From positions 62,001 to 126,000 of the forward strand of contig JAAILG010000109.1 of NCBI GenBank assembly GCA_012026655.1: a DNA stretch of 64,000 bases, given 5' to 3'. The notes beneath the pieces were generated by a model that saw nothing but the letters and a program-made list of their open reading frames with translations, was not told the DNA's origin and did not search any database. Shown here one piece after another: positions 1 to 13,449 of this stretch. Source of the DNA: Hydrolagus affinis. Its lineage: Eukaryota. Each line of letters begins with the position of its first letter. Positions within the stretch are counted from its first letter, which is position 1. A program made the translations under genes and the position numbers.

Positions 1-1479
1 TTGCCATAAGATTGACTAAAGTGTGCAGTGTTTCTATATTTGGAGACAATGGTCATCATATTGTACCTTTAACTGTAACCATTACCAGTACTTTGTACCA
101 CTTGTAAGTAATTACCCTGCACAAATGATTTAGCATCAGATTGGAACCAAAAGGTTGATAATCCGATCAAGGCTCACTAGAACTTTTCATTCCCTCAAAG
201 TCAATAAAGTATGCGTCACTAGATGTGAAACATATAGGAATGGCCTACACAGTACTGGCCATGTCACCATGGAAGATTGCCAAATGGCATTACTGGCTCA
301 AATCCAAAGAAACAGAGCTGAACATTGCTTCCATCATACAGGTCAGATAGAACACAAGTTATTCCAGGTGAATACTTCATTCATGTAATGATCTGGATAA
401 GAAATGCAGCATTTTGAAATGCTAGAGCGAGTTAAATGTTCAAATTGAAGCTTTTCTACTATGTATCAGTTCCCTCACCCAGACTGCACAGCAGCACTTT
501 CAGTGAGGAAAGTTTAATATAGTTTTTTTCTAAACAATGTCACAATTTAAAATGGTCAGCAAGTCAATTGACCAATTACTTCAGTAGCCATAAATTCTCT
601 CTTTTTTAAAATGCCCTCATAATATCCTTAAAATGCCAAAGACTAACAATGCTGACATTTTATTATAAACCATGGCTCACACAAAAAAAAACTACTTGCA
701 TGTTTCCGAAGCAGTACCACAGCCTTTGCCAAAATATCCATCAATCATCACATAAGCAACAACCTTACATAGGATATTTGCGAATAAAGCTTAGAGAGGC
801 ACAGCTCTCAATGCAAGAATTATTATTATTTAACTTTTAAAAATTGATTTACCCTAATTCTGAACACAATGTAATTTATGTTACGGTACCTTTTATAAAT
901 ATAATGTATTACAGGTACTTTAAACAGATGTGTGTAAGACTCACACATTTTTTGGATGGGTAATGAAATTTTAAGTTACAAAGTACTGTAGTTGTAGTGG
1001 CACAGCTTTTACAACAGCAATACATAAATTCCTAAGAAAACACTTGTGAGTTTGAAAGTCCATTGACTTTCATTGAAGTGAAAGTCATTGAAGACAAAAT
1101 AAAGTCACCTCGGGAGTAGAGAACAAAACTCTACTGCCTCAAGAGGAATGTAAAGGAGAATTTATAAGATCAGCTTATCTTTTAAATTGATTGGCAGATG
1201 CGAAGTTGCGTGGGAGAGCGTCTCATGTTTTTAACATTGGGTTGGGCTGTATTATCAGAAACATTAGTGCTGTGCAATTTGATAACCTGTGAATTAGGTC
1301 AATGAAAACTGAAGGATTTTGTAAATCTGATTTTGTAAATCAATGTACAGGTACAAGAAACTCAGGGATTTCTATTACAAAATATGTTTGCATTCTTTTT
1401 TGTTTTCAGAGCATTAAAGAAATATATCTGAGTGATCTATTATTACAAGAAATAACAAGGAAAACCTTCCCCAAGTACA

Positions 1480-2030
1480 ATTGAATCCTCTGACATTTTT
1501 CTATCAACTAGTTCACTGTTCTCTTCTACTGTGTTACATCTTCACATTAATCATCCAACCCTATCCACTTTTATGCTTACGATTCCATTCCATATTCATC
1601 AACGTTCTTCAGATCACACACCCGCACATGACCTTCACATGCCTCTACGTTCCTCTGTGGTGAATGGGCTGAATCACCAACTTTTCATTTCCCTATGCCT
1701 TATGATAGGCCAATGAGAATTTCACTTATCTCAATTTTTCAGCTATTTTCTTTACCTCTGTTGCAATTCTAGTCAAAAGTTAACAACACTTGTTGCCTTT
1801 GATGATACCCACTCAATTCTTTATTTTCATCTATCTGCTTTCGTTTTCCCAATATTTACGCGGATCTCAAACAGAAAACCAAGATATCTTCTATTGTTGA
1901 AGCTACCATCAACATTCTTAGTTTTTTCAAATCCTTTTCTTTGCTAACCCTTAAATGCAAAATCTATCCAAGACTTGAATACAGTATATATGATCTCCTC
2001 ATACTTCTCTCTCACAGCTCCAGAGGAATG
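1480..2030 (+). mobile_element. Very decayed CR1/L2/Crack-type LINE ORF2 remnant
   Basis: 1941 onward translates LLTLKCKIYPRLEYSIY, resembling the LLTLYK.QIRP.LEY.S..W motif. Boundaries are vague. Confidence 0.35.
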
Positions 2031-3471
2031 GTCTGTTACCCAATACTTAATTCTATGAACTTGATTTCAAATGTAGATCAGCAAAGGGAAACCAACACTG
2101 TACCCGTTATTGAAAATTTCACTGGGGTTTGCCAATGATCAGTGAGTTGTGCAGCCAAAATTGGGTGCCATTTGTCAAGACACTAAACCTCTATTCAGAA
2201 AGAAAACAATTTGAATGCCTTCACACTTCAGTTTACCTTGACCTTTCTCTATGTCTTATTGTAATCAAAATATCAACATTTAATAACTGCTCTAAATTGA
2301 AATACTGTATTGCTAAATATTCTGATTAAGAGAAAACTTTCAAGGCCCTGACATTCCATTAGTTTCATAGCGATCCACTTTGAATATGGAATTAAAAAAC
2401 TGTTCTGAGTTGATGTAGTCATTAATAATGCTTACTCACAATCAATAAAAGGTTACTGCTTTAATATAGTTAATTTACCACATGCTTAGTACAGCTGTAG
2501 ACTACTCCTTATTGTTCTCTTAGTTTTAGATCAAGAAAACGAGAGAATAAAATCTGATGGCTCAACATCACTACCTTTTTGACAAATACCACAAGTTGAG
2601 AGAAATATCCAATTTGTTTCGGCAACATCGGGCCTCCATTGACTCTGAGAAAAATAGTGTCTGTGTCCTAATATTTTCAAACCCTCCCCAGGCTACTAGA
2701 ACTTAGTCACAGTTCCATCACCTCAACCCTCAGATGGCAAAATGTAGACAGGAATGCACTACTTGACTGAAGCATAGATAATAAACGTTTTATTACACCA
2801 CAAAGGTTTGCGCTAAAGAAATATATCTCCTTTCGTTTCTAGCAAGCAATATCGGGAGCTGGGATAAGGAAGAAATGGTTGGTAAGGCAAATTAATAAAT
2901 GTGAATGCACATTTATTCCTTGATCCAGCTAACTTTTTAGAAAGAAAAGGAGAAACATATTAGAAGTATTCAAATGAGCTAAAATTCCAGGTTGCTACAA
3001 ATTAACTCAAATTGGACCTGCTTGATTTCTTTGTATGCTTGGTAAGTGCACTATTGTACATGAGATCATTGCTGATTGAGTATGAACTGAATTACAACTT
3101 TAAGGTACAATGCTAGAATTTTACCTGGTATGTAGCATACACAAAAGCACACTAAAAGGTTGTAAACTATTGTTTCAGTGAATGGGAGGAGTCTGTTCAG
3201 CAAAGGTTTTTAAAATCTCAGGCTCTTGAGAATGTAAGTGGGGATGTGAAAAATTGAATCATATTATCCATTTTATCTGTCTCGATATAGCTGTATATAG
3301 CAAATATTCCATAGAGAAGTCATGTAAATCCTTTGGGAGATAGATTGAAAAAAAATGAAGGGAAGCAGACAAAGGCAGTATGAGGAATCTGTGGCATTAA
3401 AAGAGGACAAGCAGCTGTTTTTTTTAAAAAAAAGCCAATAAAAGACAGTATCTCAGCACCTGAATACAACA

Positions 3472-3631
3472 ATATTCCTTGCATTTGATATATCTTCTTA
3501 TCAGGTCATCAAGGTCTCAAGTGCATCATAGGATACACTGTAAAGTGCAGAGACTGTGTATTTTGTGGACACAACATGGCAGCCAGTTGCACACGCTAAC
3601 GTCCCATAAACAGCCATGGAGTGACCAATTT
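3472..3631 (-). mobile_element. SINE 3' half (Deu-like segment plus L2-type tail), diverged copy
   Basis: Reverse complement aligns with the SINE copies at 28853, 44306 and 57942 (ttggtca..ctgtttatgggac..ctggctgcc..tttacagt..tcaaatgcaagg). Confidence 0.75.
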
Positions 3632-3823
3632 TGAAGGTGGTTGTGTTGTAAAATTTAATTTGAGAGAATGTTTTTCTGATAGTTGGTCTAAATTGGGTAT
3701 GGATTAATTGATTTTATTTAAAGTGTTCCAACTAATAAAATATTTATGATGCGTAAATTTAAATTTCAGATTTAAAATCGTATTCTCTTATTTAATAGTT
3801 TTTTTCTCCCATTTACTACTACT

Positions 3824-3920
3824 AATAATAATCCTTGCATTTGATATAGCGCGTTTCACATCTTATCAACGTCTCAAAGCACTTCACCGAATATACTGTA
3901 AAGTGAATTGACTGTATTTT
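3824..3920 (-). mobile_element. SINE 3' tail fragment
   Basis: Reverse complement reads tacagtcaattcactttacagtatattc..gtgaagtgctttgagacg..tatcaaatgcaaggattattatta. Confidence 0.85.
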
Positions 3921-4429
3921 TCCCACTAAGCTATTGCATCACTCTTTCCTTTTAAAAAATGTTTTACCCCACAAATTTTTCCAGTCCTGTCGTCTCAGCA
4001 CAATGTCATTTTAAATACTCTCTCGAAACCTTAACATTCATCCCTTGAGACATTGCAATATTGATCTACTTTCTGATAAAAGCCAGATGAGCAAGCTTCA
4101 CAATGTATGTCCTGATTACTACCTATTTATGCAACTACGATGAACTACATTTTAAGCATCCACCATTTACATCAACAATTTGAATCACAGTAGAGAATAT
4201 ATACTCACTAAAATATTTCCCGGTTTTAATGATTTGATGTTAATGTCTCCCCAATTGCGAAATTATCTCATCCCATTATTTTATTCTATCTAAGTTTGGA
4301 TACATTACAGAAATGCATTTGTTTTTCAAAACACTTTGCTTAGTTGACTGGATAGAATGACGAAATAGTGAATGGTTTAAAAATGTGAATTTCAATTTTC
4401 CTCGGACTGTAATGCTTACAAGTACAGTA

Positions 4430-5054
4430 CGGGTACCCCGCCCCAACCGCGGTTTTTTCTACCACGAATTCCATGTGTCCACGGTTGGCTCGCTGCGACA
4501 ACCCTTGCTAACCACGGCAATGGGTTTTGCGTATCCACGGGTTTTAACACTAACACTAGCATTTGGCGCTAGGATCCAGTTTCGATGTCGCAATCCACCA
4601 GCGATGATGTCGCTTCTCCCATCCACCCCCCTCAGTGTCACCCACCACACCATCTCCACATCCACCCACCTCAGCGTCACCCACCACACCACCTTCTCTA
4701 CATCCACTCCCCTCGCACTTATCGGTAATTTATGATCTGGAGAAGGAGGCAGGGGAAGAAGAGTGCGCAGGGCCTCTCTTCCATGTAACAGCACGCAACA
4801 ACCACCTCCCCCATCATCATCATCATTAGGATTTAGGTAAATAACATGAATTTTTTTGTGTTTAGTTCAAGGACAAGCAAACTTACTTTTGTCTCCATGT
4901 TTCCCATAGGGCCTTGCATTTTCCAACCACGACAAAGCAAACTTACTCCCTCTATCCCCATGTTTCCCATAGGGCCCTGTATTTTCCAACCGCGGTTTTA
5001 CTAACTGCGGAGGTTTTCAGGAGCGTATCCCCCGTGTTTAGGGAGGGGTATCTG
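4430..5054. mobile_element. Non-autonomous Tigger/pogo-type (Tc1/mariner superfamily) DNA transposon (MITE), ~625 bp
   Basis: TA flanks at 4428-4429 and 5055-5056. Imperfect TIRs: CGGGTACCCCGCCCCAACCGCGG vs the reverse complement of the right end, CAGATACCCCTCCCTAAACACGG. Subterminal AACCGCGG motifs, CpG-rich, no transposase. Confidence 0.8.
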
Positions 5055-7901
5055 TACTACCATTTCCCACTCTGATTCAGAGTTGCAGCTGCATATCTCA
5101 GCACACAGTGGTGGGTCATTCAAGGTAGTTAAACTTATATGTGCACACAGATATTCCTGGAAGTGCCACAGTATGAAGATATTGCAGTGTTCTAAGCCTT
5201 TAAATCTGATTTCAAAACAATCATAAGACAATAATGTTTTACCATACTTTGTGCCGCTCTATTGCTATTGAGTCTCAGTTATCATTATAGAAATCATTAT
5301 GTGTTTGTGTGATCTAATGCAAATCTAGTGCATTTTTAATCTCCCCCTCCCACAAATATATCCTGCGTGCATGCCATTTAGGATGACATCTTAATCTCTT
5401 ACATTAGCATTCAGTGGATTATTGAAAACAAAATCACAGATGATACTTCACAAGAAATGTCAACACACCATTAAAAATAGTTGCCTGTGCCTGAGGCAAG
5501 GACAAGTCATTTTCTGTCAAGCCAAACTGTTCTGAACTTTGTGTGACTCAGCCTTCGTCTATAAATGCAGATGATTCTGCTTGGGAGTCAGTCAATACCT
5601 TTTATAATAAATGGATGATATTCACAAAAGATCTTAAATACATAGATGCATATTCTTTAAGTTAAGTATATTCCAATGAAGTGTGCTCCAAGAGATTGTG
5701 TTTAATTCAGCAAAGGATTTTTTTTAAAAGCAATATTTGTTCTAATGAGAACTGGTCAGTTATTTTCATCGGTTATACAATCCTCTAGTTGATCTTGTGT
5801 TCAGTTAAACTAAGTGAAGAATTAAGAAAACACTTCCTTGAGCATTTGACAGGTTAGGTAGAAAACACTCACCCATTACCTCGGTAAAAGTACTTTTGAA
5901 TGCCTCTTGCCAGACAGGAGAAATGACCTATATAACCTAGAAAAGAGAGTCTCCAAGAGACTTAGCATGTCAAAAATATTTACGTGAGTGACATTTGCGA
6001 TTGGCTTGTCTAAAGCTAGCTGTCACTATATTGTGTGGCAATAAACAGCCTTGCCATTGCTGGATGCAGAGCTCCAGTGTAATTAAAAGTTTCAGTACTA
6101 GTGATGGCTGGAGTCACAGACAACACTAAACTTTTAATGTGTTTGTGCCCTGTGTTCGTTGTCTACTTAATTCCCATGAACAGAATGACAGCCTGATACA
6201 TTCATTGACCACATCTAAAGGAGAGCTCTAGTGAGTTACTTCCTCACACAAGAAATGTCTCCTCTCAAGTGAGATCTCGTAAACTTTTATTTCCTTTTTG
6301 AAATTATAGTTTACTGGGAAACCAGTGTGGATTGAAGCCATTTCACCCAAGATATGGTCTGCTTCAAACACATTCAGTCGAGTAAAGTAAAAGCAATACT
6401 TGTACAGTATTTTATATTTAACAATAATAGTTAAATTTGTGTCAATCCTCATTTCTAATAACCATCACATCATTTAATTGTTTAGTTGAACTGTTCTAAA
6501 CATCCAACTATTTTTGCCTACACCTGACAAATATCAAAAGAATAAAGCACTCTTGATACAACATCTGATAGTTTATCCAACCAGCACTGCCAGTTTAAAA
6601 TCATTGTCTCCGCATCTTGCACTGTAGATTTAGCCAAGGTATGTTGAATCAAATCAATGGACTCTTTCCAAAATGACTAACTGTACAATATAGACCCAAA
6701 TGTGGTTCCAGAGGTAATGGAGCCTGAAGGCTACCCGACTTAGCTCAGCCACAACCTTGTCAAAATGAACTAGGTTGATAGGATTGTGAAGGCTGGGACC
6801 TCAAGCAACAATATGCAACTAGGATCCTATTATAATCTAGTTTGATCAGTTCCTTCAAGATTGCATGCACATCAGATGCAACATGGCACATAATAATGCA
6901 ATATCCTAAGAAAACAATTTGGTATATACATAGTGATGTTTCTACTGTAGTTGGTTAAATAGATGAATACCCCTTTTGTGTATTAGTTCCTCAGGGCACT
7001 ACACAGAGTTGACCTACATTGTGGCCAATGAAATGTTACAACATATGAAACTGGTCCAATATCTTCCATTACATTTGAGATGTCTGGAAGACATACCGTC
7101 AATAAGCTCCTCCCAGTTCTCCTCCCACCACCACCTCAAAGTATTAACCCTTTACTGTACCCACATGACCCCTGAATGGCTTAGATTAGTCAGTGTGTGG
7201 ATAATCACATCTGTGCTTTGCAGGTGACACATTGGTTTTAAGGTGTCATGGAACACGTACTTAGGGTTCTTGGGCAACAGAAAGAAAACAGTGTGTTTAA
7301 TTCTCTTCCCTTCTTAACATAATCACCATTTCCTTTCGTTCTTTCAGAACATTCATCCTTTTAAATCATTCTGGTTTTCCAAAATTTCCACTGTATTATT
7401 TTATTACTTGGGTAAAGTGCTGAACTTGACAGAAGCTTTTAAATCAAAATACAAAGAAAAACAAATTTATGGTCACTGACAGAATAAAAAAAAGTTATGT
7501 CTGAAAAACATTTCATTATCACAAGGTAAATCTACTGTACCATTTAATTCTTCTTCTTGCCTCTTGAATAGATCTCTGCTGGTTTTGTCAATAACTCCCT
7601 GCAGCTTTTTTCTTCAATAATGCAGGCTGTAGCTAAATATTTTCAAAAGATTAAAATTTGGTAAACATGACTGGATTGTGTTGAGATTGCATTTCCCTGT
7701 ACTGTATAAACTATTCCTGTTTTGTTCAGGGTGTATAACTTCTGTTTGATTGGCAAAAGTACCAGAAGGGAGATGTGAGAAACTGTTATTACAATCTGGA
7801 ATGCACTTCCTGAGAGCGTGATGGAAGCAGATTCGATAGTAGCTTTCAAAGGAGAATTAGATAGGCACTTGAAAAAGAAAAAATGCAGGGCTATGGGATA
7901 A

Positions 7902-7961
7902 CAACAATATCAAAATTACATTTGTATAGCGCATTTCACGTCAGGAGGACATCCCAAGGCA
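7902..7961 (-). mobile_element. L2 LINE 3' tail (~60 bp) nested in CR1
   Basis: Reverse complement gccttgggatgtcctcctgacgtgaaatgcgctatacaaatgtaattttg matches the L2 tail at 24507 and 31680. Confidence 0.85.
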
Positions 7962-7969
7962 ATAAGGGT

Positions 7970-8082
7970 CGCCCAGATATGTACAGTCATTTCACTTTAC
8001 AGTATATTCTGCAAAATGCTTTGAAACGTCTAGAAGATGTGAAAAGCGCTATTTCAAATGCAAGGATGATTATTATTATTAT
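7970..8082 (+). mobile_element. 5'-truncated SINE with TAAGGGT target-site duplication
   Basis: SINE tail ending in (ATT)n; TAAGGGT present at 7963-7969 and 8083-8089. Confidence 0.85.
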
Positions 8083-9589
8083 TAAGGGTGGGTATAGTTA
8101 GATAGCTCTTTCAAAGAGCTGGCACAGGCATGATAAACCTCCTTCTGTGCTGTAAGATTCTATGATGAGAATCATGATAAAAGACGATTGGGAGAGAATG
8201 GAACCTGATGAGGATGGTGATTATGAGCAAGTGAAGTTTCATACAAGTAAGGTTACCAGTGGCAAAGTTTCATAAGAACTGGAGCTTATGGTAGATGGAG
8301 CTGGGGAGGCCAGAAAGGAGAATATTTGGGAAGTCAAGTTTCACATCTTAACACCAATTGTAACCATGTAATTTTTCACTTACTTTATTCCAGAGGTGAT
8401 TGTTAATTCATGGGTGGTCTAAACTGCAAATATTACTCATTTCAGAAGTGAGTCAGGGAGAAACTGTTATGTTTAAAATCTTTCATCCTCAATTAACGAT
8501 AACATTTAAATTTTAGTGGCTTCAATAAACAAGTACTTGAGGTATATAAAAAAAACTCAGCTATACAAAGACCATACACTGGATTAGCATGACCGTAAAT
8601 AAATGCATCTACAATGGCTTCTTAAATATTGCAAAGACAGCATGCAATGTTATACATTTTGCACGAGCATCAGTGTTGAAGCATTTACAAATTACTGATA
8701 TTGCATTTGGTACCATTGAATAAATGCAAAAACATGTCATTGTTATGCACTACTTCATTATAAGTCATTGCACCATTTTCTAGAATATGTATTTGGCATC
8801 TTGAATGAGGGAATTCATTTTGTGATGATTTGCGACAATGTGTAAACTGGGAACTTAATGCTATCTGTTTTCAGAACAACCAAAAGATTGAAGAGATAAA
8901 ACTTAGGAGATGGAAACTACATGCAATAACTTATGAATATTTCATAACCAGCATTTATTACAAATGAATAATGCAAGTTACACAATATTAAGCCATGTAT
9001 TATGGATTATAGTTCTATATTTATACTATTTATTTAATATTACTAATTAGCAATTCCATGGGAGCATATATAAATTATGTATCGTACCATTATTGTTTTA
9101 TTAAACTGTAATTTTTATAGCTGTATTATTTTAGCTTCTTTAAATCTTAAATACTGTACTAGTTTTACAACAATTAAAATAAGGGTAAAATTGTTGCCAT
9201 TATGGAACCTCAGTTCTTCAATTACAACTAATATTTTCAGTTGTTTTTTTTTGGAAACCTGCACCACTTTATATGTTCCTGCCTCGATATTTGAGACAGA
9301 CACATTTGGCAGAATTGCCAAAATCTAATTATAAAATACATTCATCATCATTGTCGAGGAAGATTGGTTTAACCTGAAGCAGCACATGTTCTGCACAAAC
9401 TAAACGCCTATGCATCAGTGCATGATCACCCGAAAAAGAGCATCTGTCACTGGAGCCACCCAACGTGACTGGATGGATAAGATTAGTTTAAATGATCCTG
9501 AAGTCATCCAAGCAAATTGAGGCACATGTGATCTTTACAGGAACATGTACAACAGGAAATCTGGCATACTGGATTTAAGATCCATCTGA

Positions 9590-9735
9590 ATCATGGAATC
9601 TTACAGCACAGAAGGAGATCCATTTGGTCCATCGTGTCTTTGCTAGCTCTTTGAAAAGAACGATCCAAATCAATCCAGCTCCCCTGCTCTCTTCCTTAGC
9701 CCTGCAAACTTCTCCCCTTCAAATAAATAACCTAG
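9590..9735 (-). mobile_element. CR1 LINE 3' end
   Basis: gaatcttacagcacagaaggag..ctagctctttgaaaag..ccttagccctgc is the reverse complement of the CR1 tail at 8100-8165. Confidence 0.8.
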
Positions 9736-11009
9736 CACTTTTTGACACTGTATGTTCAATGTCTTTGATGGTATCCTCATAGAAGTGCTACAATTCTAAA
9801 AGTTGCAATATTTAAACATTTATATTGAACAGGAATGGTTGTTTCCAGATATCAAACAAGTTTCCAGTGAGCCGCATCTCATGCCTCTTCCTCTCCCACA
9901 TCACTCGAAACACTACATTCATCATAGTATTTATTAAAATAGGAAATGAACTGGAGTACATTTAACATCTGAAAATATGTCAAGGACCAACATTCAATTT
10001 TAGTGCATTCTAATGTTTATCTATCGGGATTCTTCTCAGTTTGATGATGGAAGAAAATTGTGCTGATTAAACCTTCAGAAAGTAAGTATACCCCACTGAG
10101 GGCATGAATATTCCAGAGATCACTACAAGTAAAGTCTGTTATGAAAGGAGCTCTCTGGGAAGAAGGATCAGACAATAAAATTGTGAGATTAAATTGCAGT
10201 GAACTGCATTGATGCAGGCAGAAACAGAGAATGATGCACTTCATCTGGTTTACAGATTAGAATTTATTCAATTTGGTGAGGTGGGTAGGGGGTGGTTGGT
10301 GGGGGGGGTGGTTTAAGTAAGTGAGAAAGAGTTTAAGAGCTCACTAGACAAGGTAGTAATCCAAAAAACAATGCATGAGTTTTTACCAAAATTAGTGCTT
10401 TGAAAACAGAGTGCGATGTCGTGAAGAAAATCCATGAACAGCATAATCTGTTGCCTGAAACTACATTTGCTATGAAAACTACTAGCACAATGATGGACTG
10501 TTTCCTTTACGAAGTTCTCCTAAGTAAATGCTTTATTTGTTCAGTTTGTTGACTTGTGTCACAACATTATCACAAAGTCTTTTTCTTAAAGGTTATGTGG
10601 GATACTAGACTGGATGATGGCCAAACCAATCTAACACAACTTAATTGATTGGACAAAACATGTTCCATTATAATGTGCAAACAGTGCTCATGGAAGCTGA
10701 TACAAGGCATTTGGTACAGAAACAAAATATGGTCATTGAATGCTGAAGATTTTTTTCAAGAGGGTAAAAAAAGGCAGCTAAACACAGTATAAGACGAAAT
10801 TTAAAAGAAAGTATCAGCCCTTTGTCTTACTTATGTAGGAACAGCAAAGGTGAAATTAATAGTATTCTAATAATCAACACTATTGAAAAATCGAGACTTT
10901 TCAGGATACTGAAGGAAATAGCTTTCTTCAATGCTGCATTAATGTTGCATTTGCTCAGCGCTTGAACTCCTCTATGTGAAGAGCTCTGAGACATTATGGT
11001 AATAACATT

Positions 11010-11128
11010 ATAGGATACAGAAACTAGGGAGTTTGGGATATACATGCATGTGACTGCCAGGAAGGTGGAAGGCGAACTAGATAGACTTTAGTCTATTTTT
11101 TGTCTAGCATTCTTTATGTTCTTATGTG
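11010..11128 (+). mobile_element. CR1 3' end of a second subfamily (atgttctt-type tail)
   Basis: gggagtttgggatatac..gaactagatagac..tctagcattctttatgttcttatgt. Confidence 0.55.
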
Positions 11129-13449
11129 AGGACGTGATATAAATGCAGGTTGTTGCATATTTACAAATGCATACGGTCATTCACCAAGGTGCATTTGGAG
11201 CACACTCAAGTTAGACATTTTGTTTTGTTATATCCTAATTCAAAGAGATGTAGAGCATGAAATAAATGAAACATCTGCTTCCCATCAATACAGTGTCCGA
11301 AAGGAGATAATTCATTTCCAGCAATATGAATTCAGTACATCAATCTGGATCCTATATTGAGAAATTAAGACAGCACAATTAAAAATGGACCATTCATCCC
11401 AGCAAATCTGCCACCCCCAAATAGCCAAACCTGTACCCACACTTACATTCATAATTGGACTTGATTATCCAAAGTGTTGGTAGCACATTCGCACACTGGA
11501 GTGAGATATTCCAGTATCACACTATTTCAGATTTCAATGCAATCCCGACTGAGTTTACAATGAATCAGCAAATGTATGGTTAGGATTTAATATGGTAAAC
11601 TATTATTCGTATCAATGCTTCAGTTGTCCAGTGCTGTTTCTCACCAGAGTGAAGCAGTGGTAGTTTTCATGAGCCTATATAGTCCCACGAGAGTTGCACT
11701 AACAATGCAAGGAATATTAACATACTTTTTATTCATGAAGTCTTTTTTTAATCACCAGTGGGCATACGAAGACGACAAGATGCCTGGTATTACCTGTGAA
11801 TAATGGGGTGATCAGGGGCCCACTGACAGCACAATTTTGAGCTGCCTTCTCTTTGGGCCTGACAAGAGGACTTGTGTCATCATAAAAGCAGAGAACATTG
11901 TCATGTTGTCATTCACACAAAACAAATTAGCATCCCCAACCACTGTTCATTGCTCAGGCGAAACCTTGGTAAATGATGACACCTGAAGTGATCGTGACTT
12001 CTAACTTATCACCGTGTCAAGACAGGAGCTGGTGAGAACAATAGTATTAACACCTAAGCTTAAAATGATGAGAGTGTTGTGTAATTAATCTTGTTATGAA
12101 GCATCAATGCATTTTAAAAAAAAAGAAATGTCATTACTTTGATATAGGTAGCTGTACAAAAGTATGCAGCAGCATAAAACGGAAGCTGTCTTTTGTTTGG
12201 AAAAGTAAATACTAAAACACTTTAGTATGGGGAACACGGATTTCCCGACATACCAGAATGCTGATCTTGTCAAATTCTTTGATGCCCCTTATTACATTGG
12301 TCCTGACAATCAATTTGCATCTTGTGGAAGGCCATGTTATTACCATTTCAAAATAATTAGCAAAATGTTGCTACTGTTATATTCAACTGTTTACAGATAA
12401 TATATAGCACTGCCACTGGAACAGAATGAAGTTCACCTACAACAAAGCAAACAGATTTTTTTTTAACAAACAACTGGATGTGAAAAACATTTCAACAAAA
12501 AGATGCGACAGAAAAATATCAGTTCTGTCACTGCAGTGCAGAGAACCGGAGCTCAATATTTCCAAATCCGTGAGCGACGATATAGAATTATTGGAGATTT
12601 ACAGAATGGTTGCAGAAGGATAAATCTAACAGCTGGTTGTGCTTTTTTCCTATGCATAATTCCAAATGCAAACAGCGGTGTTGGCTTAATGTGGATTTCA
12701 TGTTACAAATGGAGCTCCTTCCGATAAATAGAAATGAAGAAGGGAACAGAAGGTTGTGTGAGGGAGTAAAAAGCGTTCAGGAAAAGTAGATTTCACTATA
12801 GTTGTGAAACAGTTTTACACCCCCAATTTAAACATAAGCATCAGGGCCTGCAAGTGAATGGACAGAATGGAATTTCTTCAATTCATGCTTTGTTGTTTCC
12901 TTTATGACCATGTTGTTCAAAATTGTATTCAATATTTCATTAAACAGGGGATGGTAGTATTTGAAACAATGTCTGGGGAAGAGGGGACAGTTAGCTCGGG
13001 TGTCAGACAAGCCAGCACACACGGACAAAATATTATTTTGTGACTATTACATTTTGTTTCTGGGCTGCCTCCTCTAAAGCATTCCTCCTTCATTTGCATT
13101 TGTAATAGTACCTCGGAGAATATTTATATTATGGAGTATTTTTGCAATGTTCATCATGGCAGATTGTCAACAGATGGTTCAGCTCACATAACTGTATAAT
13201 ACGTTGTCATGCAAGAAGTTAATCATATTAATGTTACTGTAAGCAATTGTAATAGCTTTGCCTTTGAATATACATTAAAGGTCACACAAGAGTCTTGATA
13301 GTAAACAAAACACTGCTGTATATTTTAAATAGAGTTGGTTTTAAATGGTGTTTTAACATAACTTGCACATTCACAAAGAACTTGGAGAAATCGGGTTGCA
13401 ATCTCCACTCAAAATCTTATGCTACTGAAGTAAACGTTTTATAATAAAG

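Larger units (their letters stand above)
7750..8165 (+). mobile_element. CR1 LINE 3' end interrupted by two nested insertions
   Basis: tctggaatgcacttcctgag..gtagctttcaaaggagaattagataggcacttg..ggctatggg [inserts] ..ctctttcaaagagctggcacag..ccttctgtgctgtaagattctatga. Same tail as 9590 (-) and 50950 (+). Confidence 0.85.

Noticed and set aside
4385-4829. Overlapping ORFs with His/Pro/Thr repeats
   Set aside because: Translations of the GC-rich tandem duplication within the MITE; no transposase motifs.
8738-8752. Sox-Oct composite-like CATTGTTATGCACTA
   Set aside because: The octamer half is incomplete; plausible by chance in AT-rich DNA.
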